A stretch of DNA of 64,000 nucleotides from Escherichia coli (GCF_016026235.1 NZ_CP065613.1); one strand, 5' to 3'; counted from the first letter of the stretch, positions 39,848 to 53,719 are shown. Notes: generated by a model from the sequence alone, not told the origin. Translations and numbers: made by a program.

Positions 39848-41248
39848 ATGGGGCAATCATCGCAACCACATGAGTTAGGCGGCGGGCTGAAATCACGCCA
39901 CGTCACCATGTTGTCTATTGCCGGTGTTATCGGCGCAAGTCTGTTTGTCGGTTCCAGCGTCGCCATCGCCGAAGCGGGCCCGGCGGTATTACTGGCCTAT
40001 CTGTTCGCCGGGCTACTGGTGGTTATGATTATGCGGATGTTGGCGGAAATGGCGGTTGCCACGCCCGATACCGGTTCGTTTTCCACCTATGCCGATAAAG
40101 CTATTGGTCGTTGGGCGGGTTATACCATCGGCTGGTTGTACTGGTGGTTTTGGGTACTGGTTATCCCGCTGGAAGCCAACATCGCCGCCATGATCCTGCA
40201 CTCGTGGGTTCCAGGCATTCCCATCTGGTTATTTTCCCTCGTCATTACCCTTGCCTTAACTGGCAGTAATTTATTAAGCGTTAAAAACTACGGCGAATTT
40301 GAGTTCTGGCTGGCGCTGTGCAAAGTCATCGCTATCCTGGCCTTTATTTTCCTTGGTGCAGTCGCAATTAGCGGTTTTTACCCGTATGCCGACGTGAGCG
40401 GGATCTCAAGATTGTGGGATAGCGGCGGCTTTATGCCCAACGGCTTCGGTGCGGTATTAAGCGCGATGTTGATCACCATGTTCTCGTTTATGGGCGCAGA
40501 AATTGTCACCATTGCCGCCGCGGAATCCGACACGCCGGAAAAACATATTGTCCGCGCCACCAACTCGGTTATCTGGCGTATTTCTATCTTCTATTTATGT
40601 TCTATTTTTGTCGTCGTGGCATTAATTCCGTGGAATATGCCCGGACTAAAAGCCGTCGGTTCTTATCGCTCGGTACTGGAATTGCTCAATATTCCCCATG
40701 CGAAATTGATCATGGACTGCGTGATATTACTTTCCGTAACCAGTTGCCTGAACTCGGCTCTGTATACCGCTTCCAGGATGCTCTACTCCTTAAGCCGTCG
40801 CGGAGATGCGCCTGCGGTAATGGGTAAAATCAACCGCAGTAAAACCCCGTACGTGGCGGTGTTACTCTCCACCGGCGCGGCATTCTTAACGGTGGTGGTG
40901 AACTATTACGCGCCTGCGAAGGTATTTAAATTTCTGATCGACAGCTCCGGCGCTATCGCCCTGCTGGTTTATTTAGTCATCGCCGTTTCACAGTTGCGGA
41001 TGCGCAAAATTCTGCGAGCAGAAGGAAGCGAAATTCGCTTGCGAATGTGGCTTTATCCTTGGCTCACCTGGCTGGTCATCGGCTTTATTACCTTTGTGTT
41101 GGTAGTGATGCTATTCCGTCCGGCGCAACAGTTAGAAGTGATCTCCACCGGCTTATTAGCGATAGGGATTATCTGTACCGTGCCAATTATGGCTCGCTGG
41201 AAAAAGCTGGTATTGTGGCAAAAAACACCCGTTCATAATACGCGCTGA
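39848..41248 (+). CDS. gabP: GABA permease (APC family)
   Basis: Translation from MGQSSQPHELGGGLKSRHVTMLS matches GabP (466 aa); track ORF start 39785 lies within the REP region. Confidence 0.95.
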   Translation: MGQSSQPHELGGGLKSRHVTMLSIAGVIGASLFVGSSVAIAEAGPAVLLAYLFAGLLVVMIMRMLAEMAVATPDTGSFSTYADKAIGRWAGYTIGWLYWWFWVLVIPLEANIAAMILHSWVPGIPIWLFSLVITLALTGSNLLSVKNYGEFEFWLALCKVIAILAFIFLGAVAISGFYPYADVSGISRLWDSGGFMPNGFGAVLSAMLITMFSFMGAEIVTIAAAESDTPEKHIVRATNSVIWRISIFYLCSIFVVVALIPWNMPGLKAVGSYRSVLELLNIPHAKLIMDCVILLSVTSCLNSALYTASRMLYSLSRRGDAPAVMGKINRSKTPYVAVLLSTGAAFLTVVVNYYAPAKVFKFLIDSSGAIALLVYLVIAVSQLRMRKILRAEGSEIRLRMWLYPWLTWLVIGFITFVLVVMLFRPAQQLEVISTGLLAIGIICTVPIMARWKKLVLWQKTPVHNTR

Positions 41249-41268
41249 TAATGATCAGGAGTCACACC

Positions 41269-41931
41269 ATGACCATTACGTCTCTGGATGGCTATCGCTG
41301 GCTGAAGAACGATATTATTCGCGGTAATTTTCAACCGGATGAAAAATTACGGATGAGTTTGCTGACATCGCGTTATGCACTTGGCGTTGGGCCGTTGCGG
41401 GAAGCACTTTCTCAACTGGTGGCGGAACGGCTGGTCACGGTGGTGAATCAAAAAGGGTATCGGGTGGCGTCTATGTCAGAGCAGGAGCTGCTCGATATTT
41501 TCGACGCCCGCGCCAATATGGAAGCGATGCTGGTCAGTCTGGCGATTGCCCGCGGTGGCGATGAATGGGAGGCAGACGTTCTCGCAAAAGCGCATCTGCT
41601 CAGTAAGCTGGAAGCCTGTGACGCCAGCGAGAAAATGCTTGATGAGTGGGATCTGCGTCATCAGGCGTTTCATACAGCAATTGTGGCGGGCTGTGGTTCT
41701 CACTATTTGCTGCAAATGCGTGAACGGTTGTTTGATCTGGCGGCGCGCTATCGATTTATCTGGCTGCGGCGAACGGTGCTTTCGGTGGAAATGCTGGAGG
41801 ATAAACACGATCAGCACCAGACCCTGACTGCGGCGGTACTGGCGCGAGATACCGCGCGCGCCAGTGAGTTAATGCGCCAGCATTTACTGACGCCAATTCC
41901 CATTATCCAGCAGGCGATGGCTGGCAATTAA
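41269..41931 (+). CDS. csiR: GntR-family transcriptional repressor CsiR
   Basis: MTITSLDGYRWLKNDIIRGN... matches CsiR; AGGAG SD 8 nt upstream of ATG 41269. Confidence 0.9.
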   Translation: MTITSLDGYRWLKNDIIRGNFQPDEKLRMSLLTSRYALGVGPLREALSQLVAERLVTVVNQKGYRVASMSEQELLDIFDARANMEAMLVSLAIARGGDEWEADVLAKAHLLSKLEACDASEKMLDEWDLRHQAFHTAIVAGCGSHYLLQMRERLFDLAARYRFIWLRRTVLSVEMLEDKHDQHQTLTAAVLARDTARASELMRQHLLTPIPIIQQAMAGN

Positions 41932-42381
41932 CTACTCTTCCGGAATACGCAACACTTGCCCCGGATAAATTTTATCCGGGCTTTTTAGCATCGGTTTATT
42001 CGCTTCGAAGATTTTATTGTACAGATTAGCGTTACCGTAGACCTGTTTGGAAATGGCACTCAGAGTGTCGCCAGACTTAACGGTATAAAACTGGCTGGCA
42101 GTGGCTGGTGTCGCCGTTTTCACCTGATCATCAACACTGGCAATACCGGAAATATTCCCCACCGCAACAAGGATTTTCTCCTTCGCCTCCTGACTCAGGC
42201 CGTCACCAGTGACCGTCGCTTTGCCGTCGGCAATTTGAATGTTCACTTTATCGGCATCAGGTATACCGGTTTTGCTCAGATGCTCCTGCACCTTCTTCGC
42301 CTGATCGTCTTTATCGTGCTGACCTGTAACCGCGTCCCAGAGTTTTTCTCCGGCATCTTTCACAAAATTGAACAGACCCAT
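41932..42381 (-). CDS. ygaU: LysM/BON-domain potassium-binding protein
   Basis: [18 protein letters not shown]... with C-terminal LysM; start taken at the internal ATG matching YgaU length (149 aa). Confidence 0.9.
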   Translation of the reverse strand: MGLFNFVKDAGEKLWDAVTGQHDKDDQAKKVQEHLSKTGIPDADKVNIQIADGKATVTGDGLSQEAKEKILVAVGNISGIASVDDQVKTATPATASQFYTVKSGDTLSAISKQVYGNANLYNKIFEANKPMLKSPDKIYPGQVLRIPEE

Positions 42382-42464
42382 AGCTACCTCATTCGTTAAC
42401 GGAAACACTCAGAAAGTGTAGCAGAGGAACGCGGCGCGTTAACGCCGCGGGGGTGAGCACAGGT

Positions 42465-42623
42465 TTAATCGCGGGTTTGCACCCAGAACGCGTGAATCAA
42501 ACCGGGGATATACCCAAGCAGTGTCAGCAGAATATTAATAATGAACGCCCAACCGAACCCTTTACCGAGCAGCACGCCGAGCGGCGGCAGAATGATGGTG
42601 ATGACGATTCTCCAGAAACCCAT
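42465..42623 (-). CDS. yqaE: Small membrane protein YqaE (Pmp3/UPF0057 family), 52 aa
   Basis: Minus-strand ORF MGFWRIVITIILPPLGVLLGKGFGWAFIINILLTLLGYIPGLIHAFWVQTRD; below the 60-aa track cutoff; the track shows only an antisense ORF here. Confidence 0.85.
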   Translation of the reverse strand: MGFWRIVITIILPPLGVLLGKGFGWAFIINILLTLLGYIPGLIHAFWVQTRD

Positions 42624-42805
42624 ATGTACTCCCTATAAGAAAATTACTCATTGTTTAAAAAGAGATTTTATCTCTTAAGCGTAGTAATTTTAGCGGAGCC
42701 TGCCAGTTTCAGCTTACGCTTTTACTCTCATTTACGCTGCTGAGGCTGGTATATGTTGCATTTTTAGTTTAGGGTTTACTTAATTTAGAAAATACTTAAA
42801 TAAAT

Positions 42806-43105
42806 ATGACTGAACTCGCGCAATTACAGGCCAGTGCCGAACAGGCAGCGGCCTTATTGAAAGCAATGAGCCATCCTAAACGATTGCTGATTCTGTGCAT
42901 GCTTAGCGGTTCCCCCGGCACCAGCGCGGGAGAGCTGACGCGCATTACCGGACTGAGTGCCTCTGCGACATCACAGCATCTCGCTCGTATGCGGGACGAA
43001 GGGCTTATCGACAGCCAACGGGATGCCCAACGCATTCTATATTCCATTAAAAATGAGGCGGTAAATGCCATTATCGCCACCCTGAAAAATGTCTATTGTC
43101 CGTAA
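42806..43105 (+). CDS. ygaV: ArsR-family transcriptional regulator
   Basis: 99-aa winged-HTH protein matching YgaV. Confidence 0.9.
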   Translation: MTELAQLQASAEQAAALLKAMSHPKRLLILCMLSGSPGTSAGELTRITGLSASATSQHLARMRDEGLIDSQRDAQRILYSIKNEAVNAIIATLKNVYCP

Positions 43106-43114
43106 GGAGTCACT

Positions 43115-43639
43115 ATGGCTTTGACAACCATTTCGCCGCATGATGCACAAGAATTAATCGCACGCGGCGCAAAGTTAATCGATATTCGTGACGCTGATGA
43201 ATATCTTCGTGAACATATTCCTGAAGCAGATCTGGCTCCATTATCCGTGCTGGAACAGTCAGGTCTTCCACCTAAATTACGTCGCGAGCAAATTATATTC
43301 CACTGCCAGGCAGGTAAACGCACCAGTAATAACGCCGATAAATTAGCAGCGATTGCCGCCCCCGCAGAAATATTTTTACTCGAAGATGGGATTGATGGCT
43401 GGAAAAGAGCTGGATTGCCAGTAGCGGTAAATAAATCTCAACCCTTGCCGTTAATGCGCCAGGTGCAGATCGCTGCGGGTGGTTTAATATTAATCGGCGT
43501 TGTACTGGGTTATACCGTAAATAGCGGTTTCTTCTTATTAAGTGGCTTTGTTGGTGCCGGGTTACTGTTTGCAGGAATCAGCGGTTTTTGTGGAATGGCA
43601 AGGTTGTTAGATAAGATGCCGTGGAACCAACGAGCTTGA
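43115..43639 (+). CDS. ygaP: Rhodanese-domain inner membrane sulfurtransferase
   Basis: Rhodanese active-site region [10 protein letters not shown] plus C-terminal TM helices. Confidence 0.9.
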   Translation: MALTTISPHDAQELIARGAKLIDIRDADEYLREHIPEADLAPLSVLEQSGLPPKLRREQIIFHCQAGKRTSNNADKLAAIAAPAEIFLLEDGIDGWKRAGLPVAVNKSQPLPLMRQVQIAAGGLILIGVVLGYTVNSGFFLLSGFVGAGLLFAGISGFCGMARLLDKMPWNQRA

Positions 43640-43685
43640 GAAGCGACGCCGGACGCGCCCTAGCAGCGACATCCGGCCTCAGTAA

Positions 43686-44090
43686 TTAGATCAGGAAATC
43701 GTCGAGAGATTTACCTTCTGCCAGCGCCTGAGCAATTGGCTTCGGTGTACGGCCCTGACCGGTCCAGGTTTTAGTTTCACCGTTAACATCGGTGAATTTA
43801 TATTTCGCCGGACGCGGCTGGCGTTTTTTACCAGCGCGTGGTGCAGCAGCAGAGCTATTACCTAATAACTCTTCCGGGTTAATTCCGTCAGCCTTCATCA
43901 GCTCCAGCCAGGTGCTAATTTTTTCCTGACGCTCAGCCAGTTCACGCTGCTGCTGTTCTTCTTCTTCACGTCTTTCTTTAGTGACAACCCTGAATTTTTC
44001 GAGCATTTCTTCAAGAACGTCAATGGAGAATTCGCGAGCCATCGCACGGAGAGTGCGAATGTTATTTAAACTTTGTAACATTACGGACAT
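43686..44090 (-). CDS. stpA: H-NS paralogue StpA
   Basis: 134-aa H-NS-like protein; C-terminal [13 protein letters not shown]-binding motif. Confidence 0.95.
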   Translation of the reverse strand: MSVMLQSLNNIRTLRAMAREFSIDVLEEMLEKFRVVTKERREEEEQQQRELAERQEKISTWLELMKADGINPEELLGNSSAAAPRAGKKRQPRPAKYKFTDVNGETKTWTGQGRTPKPIAQALAEGKSLDDFLI

Positions 44091-44757
44091 AATAAAGAAA
44101 ACCTTTTAACGCCAAAACAAAAAAGTATTTCGTCGCGTAGTGTAAGCGATCACTTATTATATTTCCACAAAATTTAATCTATTTACAGTCCTGCGCGAGA
44201 TTATTTCAGCTGTTATTTTCTGAAACTCTCAGAATAATTTCAAGATTATATATTAGCCATTTTGATGAGTAATTTAGATTATTGGTGAACAGAACGGCGC
44301 TCTCTGCTCGCTAATTCCGCAAGCCTGACAAAACCGAAGTGAATAAAAATGCAATATAACAGAATAAAAGAAAACACCCCTCACTGGTGCTTTCTGCTGT
44401 TAATGTACATTTTCTGGCATAAAAAATACTGTAAATGACACGGTCACGACATACACCGAATTCTCTACGCTTATAGCGTTACCTCACCCCCAAACTTTCA
44501 TTAGTGAAATTAAAGGAAAGGTCATATCTAATTGATTTAATTGAAAATAAATCATATCGGCATGTAAAAATCCACAATGTACAAAAAACGAGCCGTTACG
44601 GAATATTTTATCTACAAAAACTGACTAAATAAAAATTTTTCACTAATTGATTAGTCATAGCCAGCGATATACGCTATGCGAAAATGCAGATGGCAATGAG
44701 ATCCACTGTTTTCATCTCCATTAACATCCCATTACGCTTTTATTAAGGAGCATTAGC

Positions 44758-45207
44758 ATGTTCTCACCGCAGTCACGCTTGCGTCATGCAGTTGCAGATA
44801 CGTTCGCGATGGTTGTTTACTGTTCTGTCGTGAACATGTGTATTGAAGTTTTCCTCTCCGGAATGAGCTTCGAACAGTCTTTTTATTCCAGATTGGTAGC
44901 GATTCCGGTGAACATCTTAATTGCATGGCCATACGGTATGTACCGTGATCTGTTTATGCGCGCGGCACGCAAAGTTAGCCCGTCGGGCTGGATAAAAAAT
45001 CTGGCGGATATCCTGGCTTATGTGACGTTCCAGTCACCGGTGTATGTGGCGATCTTGTTAGTGGTGGGCGCAGACTGGCATCAGATTATGGCGGCGGTCA
45101 GTTCAAACATCGTTGTTTCGATGTTGATGGGGGCGGTTTATGGCTACTTCCTCGATTATTGCCGCCGACTGTTTAAAGTCAGCCGTTACCAGCAGGTAAA
45201 AGCCTGA
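44758..45207 (+). CDS. alaE: L-alanine exporter
   Basis: 149-aa membrane protein matching AlaE/YgaW. Confidence 0.9.
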   Translation: MFSPQSRLRHAVADTFAMVVYCSVVNMCIEVFLSGMSFEQSFYSRLVAIPVNILIAWPYGMYRDLFMRAARKVSPSGWIKNLADILAYVTFQSPVYVAILLVVGADWHQIMAAVSSNIVVSMLMGAVYGYFLDYCRRLFKVSRYQQVKA

Positions 45208-45243
45208 CTCTTCTTTTCGCGACTGGCATCGCCAGTCGCGTCT

Positions 45244-45588
45244 TTAACTGGCTTCGCCAAATAAACCATTCAAATAACGTTCAAGCGCAACACGCGAACT
45301 AAAGCCATGCGGGATACCGTAATGCTCGTGTCGCTCGCCTGCTAAATAGAGCGGAAATTGCTGGTAATGATCGCAAGTTTTAATATCGGAAGCGGGTTCA
45401 GCCAGTGTCGAACTGCGTTCTTTTAATGTTGGATGAATTACCAGAGCGGTACGTCCCATTCGCGCTTCGCGATTAACATAGACATAATTTTCCCCACGGC
45501 GGTAACCATACGCTTTCTGGGTTACCACATCGACAGTAAAACCGACTTTTTCAAGTACGCGCGCCACCTCGTCTGGTCGTAAATACAT
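45244..45588 (-). CDS. ygaC: Uncharacterised protein YgaC (DUF2002)
   Basis: 114-aa ORF at the conserved position. Confidence 0.85.
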
Positions 45589-45739
45589 ATTTGATCCTCG
45601 TTATTATCAACCGCGGGCCTACCTTACCTGATTGCGCATTCACAACGCTTTCAGAAAAGTCCATAAAGCCGCGATGAACCTCAGTTAAGAAAATTATGGT
45701 CTACACTGAAAATTACATCGAATTCTAATGGGGGATCAT

Positions 45740-46069
45740 ATGTTTAACCGACCGAACCGCAACGACGTTGATGATGGCGTGCAGGATATCCAGAATGATG
45801 TCAATCAATTAGCTGACAGCCTCGAATCTGTATTGAAGTCCTGGGGCAGCGACGCCAAAGGGGAAGCTGAAGCCGCACGCAGTAAAGCTCAGGCATTGCT
45901 GAAAGAAACCAGGGCGCGAATGCATGGTCGTACTCGCGTCCAGCAAGCCGCACGCGATGCCGTTGGCTGCGCGGATTCTTTTGTTCGTGAAAGACCCTGG
46001 TGTAGTGTGGGAACTGCTGCTGCGGTAGGTATTTTTATCGGTGCACTGTTAAGCATGCGCAAATCGTAG
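45740..46069 (+). CDS. ygaM: ElaB/YqjD-family membrane-anchored ribosome-binding protein YgaM
   Basis: MFNRPNRNDVDDGVQDIQ... with C-terminal TM anchor; start at the second in-frame ATG. Confidence 0.85.
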   Translation: MFNRPNRNDVDDGVQDIQNDVNQLADSLESVLKSWGSDAKGEAEAARSKAQALLKETRARMHGRTRVQQAARDAVGCADSFVRERPWCSVGTAAAVGIFIGALLSMRKS

Positions 46070-46099
46070 TGCAAAAATGATAATAAATACGCGTCTTTG

Positions 46100-46130
46100 A
46101 CCCCGAAGCCTGTCTTCGGGGTTTCTTTTT
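46100..46130 (+). terminator. Rho-independent terminator of ygaM
   Basis: ACCCCGAAGCC-TGTC-TTCGGGGT hairpin followed by TTCTTTTT. Confidence 0.8.
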
Positions 46131-46139
46131 GCCTGGTGA

Positions 46140-46316
46140 ATCACAAAAATCCCCCTACCCCGTCACGCTCATATCCAGGGTAATTTCGACCACTATTTGC
46201 TATATATTGTGTGGTTGAATCTTTTTTCAACTACATCTAGTATCTCTGTATCAACAGAGAGACAACCCGACGCGTATCATCGCGCCGTATCTTCATTTTA
46301 AACGGAAATACGAATC
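46140..46316 (+). promoter_or_regulatory. nrdHIEF promoter/operator region (known Fur- and NrdR-regulated); palindromic AT-rich elements present
   Basis: Region-level call from established knowledge; the sequence shows TATATATTGTGTGG-type palindromic tracts but exact boxes were not mapped. Confidence 0.4.
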
Positions 46317-46562
46317 ATGCGCATTACTATTTACACTCGTAACGATTGCGTTCAGTGCCACGCCACCAAACGGGCGATGGAAAACCGGGGCTTTGATTTT
46401 GAAATGATTAATGTCGATCGCGTTCCTGAAGCGGCGGAAGCGTTGCGTGCTCAGGGCTTTCGTCAGTTGCCGGTAGTGATTGCAGGCGATCTTAGCTGGT
46501 CTGGTTTCCGCCCGGACATGATCAATCGTCTGCATCCAGCGCCACACGCGGCCAGTGCATGA
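46317..46562 (+). CDS. nrdH: Glutaredoxin-like protein NrdH
   Basis: 81 aa with CVQC redox motif. Confidence 0.95.
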
Positions 46563-46969
46563 GCCAGCTCGTCTACTTTTCCAGCAGCTCCGAAAATACG
46601 CAGCGTTTTATCGAACGTTTAGGGCTGCCCGCGGTGCGCATCCCGCTCAATGAGCGGGAACGGATTCAGGTAGACGAGCCTTACATCCTGATCGTGCCCT
46701 CTTACGGCGGCGGCGGTACGGCTGGCGCGGTGCCACGACAGGTAATTCGCTTTTTAAACGACGAGCACAACCGGGCGTTGCTTCGCGGCGTTATTGCTTC
46801 TGGTAATCGCAACTTTGGTGAGGCGTATGGCCGCGCCGGAGATGTGATTGCCCGGAAATGCGGCGTGCCGTGGCTGTACCGTTTTGAACTCATGGGTACG
46901 CAAAGCGATATCGAAAACGTTCGTAAAGGAGTAACCGAATTTTGGCAACGACAACCGCAGAACGCCTGA
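46559..46969 (+). CDS. nrdI: Flavodoxin-like protein NrdI
   Basis: 136 aa; overlaps the nrdH stop by 4 nt. Confidence 0.95.
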
Positions 46970-49086
46970 CGCAGGAAACGATGGATTATCACGCGCTGAA
47001 TGCGATGCTTAACCTTTACGATAGCGCAGGTCGCATTCAGTTCGATAAAGATCGCCAGGCAGTAGATGCATTTATGGCGACGCATGTGCGTCCGAACAGT
47101 GTGACCTTCAGTAGCCAGCAACAGCGCCTGAACTGGCTGGTCAACGAAGGTTACTATGATGAAAGCGTCCTCAACCGCTACTCTCGCGATTTTGTCATTA
47201 CGCTGTTTGCCCACGCGCACGCCAGCGGTTTTCGTTTCCAGACATTCCTCGGGGCATGGAAGTTTTACACCAGCTATACGCTGAAAACATTCGACGGTAA
47301 GCGTTATCTGGAAGATTTTGCCGATCGGGTCACGATGGTGGCGCTGACGCTGGCACAAGGCGATGAAACACTGGCGACGCAGCTAACTGATGAGATGCTG
47401 TCAGGACGCTTTCAGCCAGCCACGCCAACATTCCTCAACTGCGGTAAGCAGCAGCGCGGCGAACTGGTTTCCTGTTTTTTGCTGCGTATTGAAGACAATA
47501 TGGAGTCGATTGGTCGGGCGGTAAATTCCGCACTGCAACTGTCGAAACGCGGCGGCGGCGTGGCATTTTTGCTGTCGAATCTGCGGGAAGCGGGCGCGCC
47601 AATTAAACGTATTGAAAATCAATCTTCTGGCGTGATTCCGGTGATGAAAATGCTGGAAGACGCATTTTCCTATGCCAACCAGCTCGGCGCTCGTCAGGGG
47701 GCTGGTGCAGTCTATTTACATGCCCATCATCCCGATATTCTGCGTTTTCTCGATACGAAACGGGAAAATGCCGACGAGAAAATCCGCATTAAAACACTGT
47801 CGCTGGGCGTGGTGATCCCGGATATCACTTTCCATCTGGCAAAAGAGAATGCGCAGATGGCGCTGTTTTCGCCTTATGACGTAGAGCGAGTTTATGGCAA
47901 GCCGTTTGCCGATGTGGCCATCAGCCAACACTATGACGAACTGGTTGCCGATGAACGCATTCGCAAAAAATACCTCAACGCCCGTGATTTCTTCCAGCGA
48001 CTGGCAGAAATCCAGTTTGAGTCCGGCTATCCCTACATCATGTATGAAGACACGGTAAACCGTGCTAACCCTATCGCCGGGCGCATAAATATGAGTAATC
48101 TCTGCTCAGAAATTTTGCAGGTTAACAGCGCCTCAGAGTATGACGAGAATCTCGACTATGCCCGTACAGGCCATGATATTTCCTGCAATTTAGGTTCGTT
48201 GAATATTGCGCACACCATGGATTCCCCCGATTTTGCCCGCACGGTAGAGACTGCCGTGCGCGGTTTAACGGCGGTGTCAGATATGAGTCATATCCGCAGC
48301 GTGCCGTCCATCGAAGCCGGAAATGCCGCCTCACACGCCATCGGACTGGGGCAGATGAATTTACACGGCTATCTGGCGCGAGAAGGCATCGCTTATGGTT
48401 CGCCGGAAGCACTGGATTTCACCAATCTCTATTTCTATGCCATCACCTGGCACGCACTGCGTACCTCGATGTTGCTGGCGCGCGAACGCTGTGAAACCTT
48501 CGCCGGGTTCAAACAGTCACGTTATGCCAGTGGTGAATATTTTAGCCAATATCTGCAAGGTAACTGGCAGCCGAAAACGGCGAAAGTTGGCGAACTGTTT
48601 GCCCGCAGCGGTATTACGTTACCTACCCGTGAGATGTGGGCGCAACTGCGCGACGACGTGATGCGCTACGGCATTTACAACCAGAATCTTCAGGCGGTGC
48701 CGCCAACCGGTTCTATCTCTTATATCAACCATGCTACGTCGAGTATTCATCCGATTGTGGCGAAAGTAGAGATACGCAAAGAGGGCAAAACAGGACGCGT
48801 TTACTACCCTGCCCCGTTTATGACTAACGAAAATCTGGCGCTGTATCAGGATGCTTACGAAATCGGCGCAGAAAAGATCATCGACACCTACGCGGAAGCG
48901 ACTCGCCATGTCGATCAGGGTTTGTCGCTGACGCTGTTTTTCCCCGATACCGCCACCACTCGCGATATCAACAAAGCGCAGATTTACGCCTGGCGCAAAG
49001 GTATCAAAACGCTCTATTACATTCGCCTGCGTCAGATGGCGCTGGAAGGCACTGAAATTGAAGGCTGCGTCTCCTGTGCACTTTAA
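46942..49086 (+). CDS. nrdE: Class Ib ribonucleotide reductase alpha subunit
   Basis: 714 aa; C-terminal CVSCAL; overlaps nrdI by 28 nt. Confidence 0.95.
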
Positions 49087-50055
<969 letters not shown>

Positions 50056-50410
50056 GGGTGTTATTTTCAAAAATATCACTACCCGCGACAGGGAAATAAT
50101 TCCCGCCAAATAGCTTTTTATCACGCAAATATTTTGTGGTGATCTACACTGATACTCTGTTGCATTATTCGCCTGAAACCACAATATTCAGGCGTTTTTT
50201 CGCTATCTTTGACAAAAAATATCAACTTTTCTCGATTTGCTCTCAGCCCTTATATCATGGGAAATTCCGGCGATTTGCTCACATCAATATTCATGCCACA
50301 TTTGCCCTCAGGGGTTGCCTCAGATTCTCAGTATGTTAGGGTAGAAAAAAGTGACTATTTCCATTGGGTAATGTATCGACATAAACAAATAACAGGAATC
50401 TTTCTATTGC
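50056..50410 (+). promoter_or_regulatory. proU osmoregulated promoter region (AT-rich; H-NS-regulated by established knowledge)
   Basis: AT-rich curved-DNA-like sequence upstream of proV; individual promoter elements not mapped. Confidence 0.45.
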
Positions 50411-51613
50411 ATGGCAATTAAATTAGAAATTAAAAATCTTTATAAAATATTTGGTGAGCATCCACAGCGAGCTTTCAAATATATCGAACAAGGACTTTCA
50501 AAAGAACAAATTCTGGAAAAAACTGGGCTATCGCTTGGCGTAAAAGACGCCAGTCTGGCCATTGAAGAAGGCGAGATATTTGTCATCATGGGATTATCCG
50601 GTTCGGGTAAATCCACAATGGTACGCCTTCTCAATCGCCTGATTGAACCCACCCGCGGGCAAGTGCTGATTGATGGTGTGGATATTGCCAAAATATCCGA
50701 CGCCGAACTCCGTGAGGTGCGCAGAAAAAAGATTGCGATGGTCTTCCAGTCCTTTGCCTTAATGCCGCATATGACCGTGCTGGACAATACTGCGTTCGGT
50801 ATGGAATTGGCCGGAATTAATGCCGAAGAACGCCGGGAAAAAGCCCTTGATGCACTGCGTCAGGTCGGGCTGGAAAATTATGCCCACAGCTACCCGGATG
50901 AACTCTCTGGCGGGATGCGTCAACGTGTGGGATTAGCCCGCGCGTTAGCGATTAATCCGGATATATTATTAATGGACGAAGCCTTCTCGGCGCTCGATCC
51001 ATTAATTCGCACCGAGATGCAGGATGAACTGGTAAAATTACAGGCGAAACATCAGCGCACCATTGTCTTTATTTCCCACGATCTCGATGAAGCCATGCGT
51101 ATTGGCGACCGAATTGCCATTATGCAAAATGGTGAAGTGGTACAAGTCGGCACACCGGATGAAATTCTCAATAATCCGGCGAATGATTATGTCCGTACCT
51201 TCTTCCGTGGCGTCGATATTAGTCAGGTATTCAGTGCGAAAGATATTGCCCGTCGTACACCGAACGGCTTAATTCGTAAAACTCCTGGCTTCGGCCCACG
51301 TTCGGCACTGAAATTATTGCAGGATGAAGATCGTGAATATGGCTACGTTATCGAACGCGGTAATAAGTTTGTCGGCGCAGTCTCCATCGATTCGCTTAAA
51401 ACCGCGTTAACGCAGCAGCAAGGTCTTGATGCGGCGCTGATTGATGCGCCGTTAGCAGTCGATGCACAAACGCCTCTTAGCGAGTTGCTCTCTCATGTCG
51501 GACAGGCACCCTGTGCAGTGCCCGTGGTCGACGAGGACCAACAGTATGTCGGCATCATTTCGAAAGGAATGCTGCTGCGCGCTTTAGATCGTGAGGGGGT
51601 AAATAATGGCTGA
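50411..51613 (+). CDS. proV: Glycine betaine/proline ABC transporter ATPase
   Basis: Walker [13 protein letters not shown] signature LSGGMRQRV, tandem C-terminal CBS domains. Confidence 0.95.
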   Translation: MAIKLEIKNLYKIFGEHPQRAFKYIEQGLSKEQILEKTGLSLGVKDASLAIEEGEIFVIMGLSGSGKSTMVRLLNRLIEPTRGQVLIDGVDIAKISDAELREVRRKKIAMVFQSFALMPHMTVLDNTAFGMELAGINAEERREKALDALRQVGLENYAHSYPDELSGGMRQRVGLARALAINPDILLMDEAFSALDPLIRTEMQDELVKLQAKHQRTIVFISHDLDEAMRIGDRIAIMQNGEVVQVGTPDEILNNPANDYVRTFFRGVDISQVFSAKDIARRTPNGLIRKTPGFGPRSALKLLQDEDREYGYVIERGNKFVGAVSIDSLKTALTQQQGLDAALIDAPLAVDAQTPLSELLSHVGQAPCAVPVVDEDQQYVGIISKGMLLRALDREGVNNG

Positions 51614-52670
51614 TCAAAATAATCCGTGGGATACCACGCCAGCGGCGGACAGTGCCGCGCAATCCGCAGACGCCTGGGGTACACCGACGACTGCACCGAC
51701 TGACGGCGGTGGTGCTGACTGGCTGACCAGTACGCCTGCGCCAAACGTCGAGCATTTTAATATTCTCGATCCGTTCCATAAAACGCTGATCCCACTCGAC
51801 AGTTGGGTCACTGAAGGGATCGACTGGGTCGTTACCCATTTCCGTCCCGTCTTCCAGGGCGTGCGCGTTCCGGTTGATTATATCCTCAACGGTTTCCAGC
51901 AATTGCTGCTGGGTATGCCCGCACCGGTGGCGATTATCGTTTTCGCTCTCATCGCCTGGCAGATTTCCGGGGTCGGAATGGGTGTGGCGACGCTGGTTTC
52001 GCTGATTGCCATCGGCGCAATCGGTGCCTGGTCGCAGGCAATGGTGACTCTGGCGCTGGTGTTAACCGCCCTGCTGTTCTGTATCGTCATCGGTTTGCCG
52101 TTGGGGATCTGGCTGGCGAGAAGTCCGCGAGCGGCGAAAATTATTCGTCCACTGCTTGATGCCATGCAGACCACGCCAGCGTTTGTTTATCTGGTGCCAA
52201 TCGTCATGCTATTTGGTATCGGTAACGTGCCGGGCGTGGTGGTGACGATCATCTTTGCTCTGCCGCCGATTATCCGTCTGACCATTCTGGGGATTAACCA
52301 GGTTCCGGCGGATCTGATTGAAGCCTCGCGCTCATTCGGTGCCAGCCCGCGCCAGATGCTGTTCAAAGTTCAGTTACCGCTGGCGATGCCGACCATTATG
52401 GCGGGCGTTAACCAGACGCTGATGCTGGCCCTTTCTATGGTGGTCATCGCCTCGATGATTGCCGTCGGCGGGCTGGGTCAGATGGTACTTCGTGGTATCG
52501 GTCGTCTGGATATGGGGCTTGCCACCGTTGGCGGCGTCGGGATTGTGATCCTCGCCATTATCCTCGATCGCCTGACGCAGGCCGTTGGGCGCGACTCACG
52601 CAGTCGCGGCAACCGTCGCTGGTACACCACTGGCCCTGTCGGTCTGCTGACCCGCCCATTCATTAAGTAA
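51606..52670 (+). CDS. proW: Glycine betaine/proline ABC transporter permease
   Basis: 354-aa polytopic permease; overlaps proV by 8 nt. Confidence 0.95.
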   Translation: MADQNNPWDTTPAADSAAQSADAWGTPTTAPTDGGGADWLTSTPAPNVEHFNILDPFHKTLIPLDSWVTEGIDWVVTHFRPVFQGVRVPVDYILNGFQQLLLGMPAPVAIIVFALIAWQISGVGMGVATLVSLIAIGAIGAWSQAMVTLALVLTALLFCIVIGLPLGIWLARSPRAAKIIRPLLDAMQTTPAFVYLVPIVMLFGIGNVPGVVVTIIFALPPIIRLTILGINQVPADLIEASRSFGASPRQMLFKVQLPLAMPTIMAGVNQTLMLALSMVVIASMIAVGGLGQMVLRGIGRLDMGLATVGGVGIVILAIILDRLTQAVGRDSRSRGNRRWYTTGPVGLLTRPFIK

Positions 52671-52726
52671 CTCTGCACTTGCCCGGTGACGCCGGGCATA
52701 TCACCCTGCCAAAAAAAGGAATAACA

Positions 52727-53719
52727 ATGCGACATAGCGTACTTTTTGCGACAGCGTTTGCCACGCTTATCTCTACACAAACTTTTGCTGCCGATCTGCT
52801 GGGCAAAGGCATTACTGTTAATCCAGTTCAAAGCACCATCACCGAAGAAACCTTCCAGACACTGCTGGTCAGTCGTGCGCTGGAGAAATTAGGTTATACC
52901 GTCAATAAACCCAGCGAAGTGGATTACAACGTTGGCTACACCTCGCTTGCTTCCGGCGATGCAACCTTCACCGCCGTGAACTGGACGCCACTGCATGACA
53001 ACATGTACGAAGCTGCCGGTGGCGATAAGAAATTTTATCGTGAAGGGGTATTTGTTAACGGCGCGGCACAGGGTTACCTGATCGATAAGAAAACCGCCGA
53101 CCAGTACAAAATCACCAACATCGCACAACTAAAAGATCCGAAGATCGCCAAACTGTTCGATACCAACGGCGACGGCAAAGCGGATTTGACTGGCTGTAAC
53201 CCTGGCTGGGGCTGCGAAGGTGCGATCAACCACCAGCTTGCCGCGTATGAACTGACCAATACCGTGACGCATAATCAGGGGAACTACGCAGCGATGATGG
53301 CTGACACCATCAGTCGCTACAAAGAGGGCAAACCGGTGTTTTACTACACCTGGACGCCGTACTGGGTGAGTAATGAGCTGAAGCCAGGGAAAGATGTGGT
53401 CTGGTTGCAGGTGCCGTTCTCTGCACTGCCGGGCGATAAAAATGCCGATACCAAACTGCCGAATGGCGCGAATTACGGCTTCCCGGTCAGCACCATGCAT
53501 ATCGTTGCCAATAAAGCCTGGGCCGAGAAAAACCCGGCAGCAGCGAAACTGTTTGCCATTATGCAGTTGCCAGTGGCAGATATTAACGCCCAGAACGCCA
53601 TTATGCATGACGGCAAAGCCTCAGAAGGCGATATTCAGGGCCACGTTGATGGCTGGATCAAAGCCCACCAGCAGCAGTTCGATGGCTGGGTGAATGAGGC
53701 GCTGGCAGCGCAGAAGTAA
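52727..53719 (+). CDS. proX: Glycine betaine/proline periplasmic binding protein
   Basis: Signal peptide [21 protein letters not shown]; start at the ATG 48 nt inside the track ORF. Confidence 0.93.
   Translation: MRHSVLFATAFATLISTQTFAADLLGKGITVNPVQSTITEETFQTLLVSRALEKLGYTVNKPSEVDYNVGYTSLASGDATFTAVNWTPLHDNMYEAAGGDKKFYREGVFVNGAAQGYLIDKKTADQYKITNIAQLKDPKIAKLFDTNGDGKADLTGCNPGWGCEGAINHQLAAYELTNTVTHNQGNYAAMMADTISRYKEGKPVFYYTWTPYWVSNELKPGKDVVWLQVPFSALPGDKNADTKLPNGANYGFPVSTMHIVANKAWAEKNPAAAKLFAIMQLPVADINAQNAIMHDGKASEGDIQGHVDGWIKAHQQQFDGWVNEALAAQK

Noticed and set aside
42453..42638. Plus-strand 61-aa ORF in the ygaU-ygaV gap
   Set aside because: The opposite strand encodes the conserved 52-aa membrane protein YqaE, which is below the track length cutoff.
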